Source: Bdellovibrionota bacterium
GTDB taxonomy: Bacteria; Bdellovibrionota_C; UBA2361; CALJRW01
NCBI GenBank assembly: GCA_041740355.1
Contig: JBGSMD010000015.1
Coordinates: 32,001 to 96,000, forward strand
Length of the DNA stretch: 64,000 bases
Direction: 5' to 3'
A program made the translations under genes and the position numbers. This document shows positions 61,751-64,000 of this stretch, piece by piece (the stretch's first letter is position 1; each line of letters starts with the position of its first letter). Under the pieces are notes generated by a model. It was not told where the DNA came from. It ran no database searches and worked only from the letters and a program-made list of their open reading frames with translations.

Positions 61751-62431
61751 TTACTTAACTTTGTTCAAAATACTATCCCCTAGAATCCGCATTGTGGCTT
61801 CTAGGTATAATTTTGATTCTATCTCACTTAAACGACTACTATTAGACAAATTTGCTTGGTGAACTTGTGACAAATCTCCAAAATCTCCTCCCAGATCAAA
61901 CCAAGCCTTCATTGTTTGAACTCGAAGTTCTACAGTTCCATTAGTTGCAGCAAAGCGAAAAAAATGTCCTCCAATTTGACTAGAAGCAACTTGATAACTT
62001 GGCGCAAGTTGCTCTAAAAATTTTTGGTAGAACTGGGACCACTCTTTGGGAACATTAATTAAATTTTGCCGAGTCTCATCAGTTAGTAAAAATTTATATA
62101 AAGTTGGATTATTTTTCGGATCCATCAGTAAAACCTGAAAAGCAGCAAATTTTTCATTACTACCTGCTGTTGTAGAATGTAAAATTTTAAGATGATCAAT
62201 CACAGGTAAGGTTGACTCAAGGAAGGAAGAAACAACAGGTAATGGTTTGGAAATATCAGGTAATACGATGTTATTAGAACTAAGACTCAGAGACTTGGAA
62301 TTCGAGCCGCTTCCTGAAAGCTTTTCCTGCGTTTCGGTATTAACAAGAAGCAAGCCTAAAGATGCGAGGCCAACCCCTAAATTTCTGAATCTGAATTTAC
62401 TAATACTACTACCATCTTGAACAATCGGCAT
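61751..62431 (-). CDS. Hypothetical protein with N-terminal hydrophobic segment
   Basis: 226-aa ORF; no motif recognised. Confidence 0.55.
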   Translation of the reverse strand: MPIVQDGSSISKFRFRNLGVGLASLGLLLVNTETQEKLSGSGSNSKSLSLSSNNIVLPDISKPLPVVSSFLESTLPVIDHLKILHSTTAGSNEKFAAFQVLLMDPKNNPTLYKFLLTDETRQNLINVPKEWSQFYQKFLEQLAPSYQVASSQIGGHFFRFAATNGTVELRVQTMKAWFDLGGDFGDLSQVHQANLSNSSRLSEIESKLYLEATMRILGDSILNKVK

Positions 62432-62751
62432 ATACTCAATAATCTAAAAACAAAGATGTTGAATGATCAGGTAAGATCATTTTAATCAAATTAAAAATTT
62501 AATCCAGAACTATTTTAATATTAATCACATTGAAATAGTGAAGTCCTGTTAAATGAGATTTCTACAAATTTCTTAGAAAGTAGCTTCTGCTAGTCGACCT
62601 TCTAATTTTATCACTTTCGCTGCCTGCTTCGCAAAAACAAAGTATAGTTTGGACTATTTGTTTTAACTCACCTTTTATATATCAGATAAGTGTTCATCAG
62701 AACTTCCTCCTTGCGCCTGATTTAAGGCAAAGGTCATACTTAGAATTTAGC

Positions 62752-63258
62752 TTAGTCTACGACTTCTATTAGCCAGTAATATCGCCCCTCCGTTCGCGTA
62801 GAAGTTTTACAAGACGTTAACTCGGAGAGAAGTTCTTGAGAATCTTTGCTGTAATAAGCCAAGCAATAGTTTTCAGAACGATAATGAACTCCATATACCC
62901 GATAGCGTTTATTTACCGCTAGCTCTGGGAAAATTGGTTTAATCTCTGAACAATACCATTTATCTATCGGGAAACTTATTTGCGTCGGCTCATGTTGCCG
63001 CTCGCCCTTAATCCACTTTTCGATGTTTAATCTGGCAGTTTTTTGCTTCGCAATTTGCGAACCCCCTTTGCCATAATCTGGAACAATCACATCTACCTCA
63101 TCAAGATATGTAACAAGAACCTCAAAAACAAAATCAGATTTGGCGGAACATTCCTGACTTTTTATACAAGGATTGGGATAATCATCACAGACTGTAGCGC
63201 TTGCTATACTGGCTAGTGTTAGAGATATAAGTAGCGTGGACAGGATCTGTTTAAGCAT
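62752..63258 (-). CDS. Secreted Cys-containing hypothetical protein (possibly TIMP/NTR-like fold)
   Basis: Signal peptide MLKQILSTLL...ASA; SDFVFEVLV...IEKWIKG...C...KRYRVYG pattern. Confidence 0.55.
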   Translation of the reverse strand: MLKQILSTLLISLTLASIASATVCDDYPNPCIKSQECSAKSDFVFEVLVTYLDEVDVIVPDYGKGGSQIAKQKTARLNIEKWIKGERQHEPTQISFPIDKWYCSEIKPIFPELAVNKRYRVYGVHYRSENYCLAYYSKDSQELLSELTSCKTSTRTEGRYYWLIEVVD

Positions 63259-63413
63259 ATACTGATTTAGCTTACTAAATAGGACTCGGATTGCAAAGAT
63301 TGTTTCCTTCACCAACTTGTATAGCTCGCTTATTCTGCTATTCTAGCTTTACTTTAAGGCTGTTCAATACAACTATTTGTGGTGAATATAACCACTTACG
63401 TGACGAAAAATTA

Positions 63414-64000
63414 ATGAAACACATCATATACACTCTAATTACTTGGAGCATCTTACTTCAACCCATTCACGCTCAAGTAATTTTCACTTCTCCAGAACAA
63501 ATTAGTACCTCAGCTACTGGAATTAGCGGCTCAGAAACCAGTACACGCTGTCAATTGAATAGTGATGGAAACCTTGTTGTTTTTGATTCGCTGGCAACAA
63601 ACCTTCGACCGATAACACCAAGTAATGTTAACCAAGTATATTTAAAGAATCGTGCAACCCAAGCGATTGAACTACTCAGTTCTAACCCTCTTACAAGTTT
63701 ACCGGGAGATGGTAACAGTGAATTTGCAAATCTTTCTGATGATGGCCGTTTTGTAGTTTATCATTCTGCTGCAACAAACTTAGTTACGGCTGATACCAAT
63801 AGTAAAATTGATGTATTCATTTACGATCGAGAATCTCCCACCACAATTAAAAAAGTGAGCCTCGGGGCTGAAAATATTAGTTTTGCTCAGGGGGATAACG
63901 ACTCCTATTATCCAGATATCTCTGATAATGGACAAAGGATTGTATTTCTCTCTCTAGCATCGAACTTAATTACTACAGATAGCGATGTTTACTCGGATAT
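63414..64000 (+). CDS. Secreted TolB-like/PD40 beta-propeller protein (3'-truncated by window edge)
   Basis: Read manually: signal peptide, then SDGNLVVFDSLATNL, SDDGRFVVYHSAATNLVTADTNSKIDVFIYDR, ISDNGQRIVFLSLASNL. Confidence 0.85.
   Translation, partial: MKHIIYTLITWSILLQPIHAQVIFTSPEQISTSATGISGSETSTRCQLNSDGNLVVFDSLATNLRPITPSNVNQVYLKNRATQAIELLSSNPLTSLPGDGNSEFANLSDDGRFVVYHSAATNLVTADTNSKIDVFIYDRESPTTIKKVSLGAENISFAQGDNDSYYPDISDNGQRIVFLSLASNLITTDSDVYSD

Overview
AT-rich bacterial chromosomal window. The Bd3044-type histone and the RCC1/DUF4215 surface protein suggest a Bdellovibrionota-like or related deltaproteobacterial lineage; this taxonomy is inferred. Core content: lysine catabolism (lat-pcd, gcdH), TonB, two TRL-like lipoproteins, a TPM-lemA operon, bioB, two RhlE-like DEAD-box helicases, a surface-glycan cluster (GT2, fcl, GT-C-like membrane proteins, pyruvyltransferase) carrying a decayed IS3, an M3 peptidase, a CDF transporter, clpS-clpA/aat and mscS. 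A tRNA-Ala(GGC) at 36478-36550 is an integration hotspot. It is followed by a GIY-YIG islet with a palindrome, then a second tRNA-Ala 3' half that encodes the C-terminus of a large serine recombinase, then an island carrying a tightly packed YfbU / small membrane protein / ThsB-like TIR cassette. That cassette is a candidate Thoeris-like defence system without ThsA. Other highlights: a zinc-finger-histone fusion, an orphan divergent CysH-like protein, a Lys-rich Cys-bounded N-terminal module shared by two unrelated secreted proteins, a 149-bp double-hairpin dispersed repeat with compensatory base changes, and a separate ~30-bp REP family. All family assignments come from motif recognition by eye; no database searches were run.
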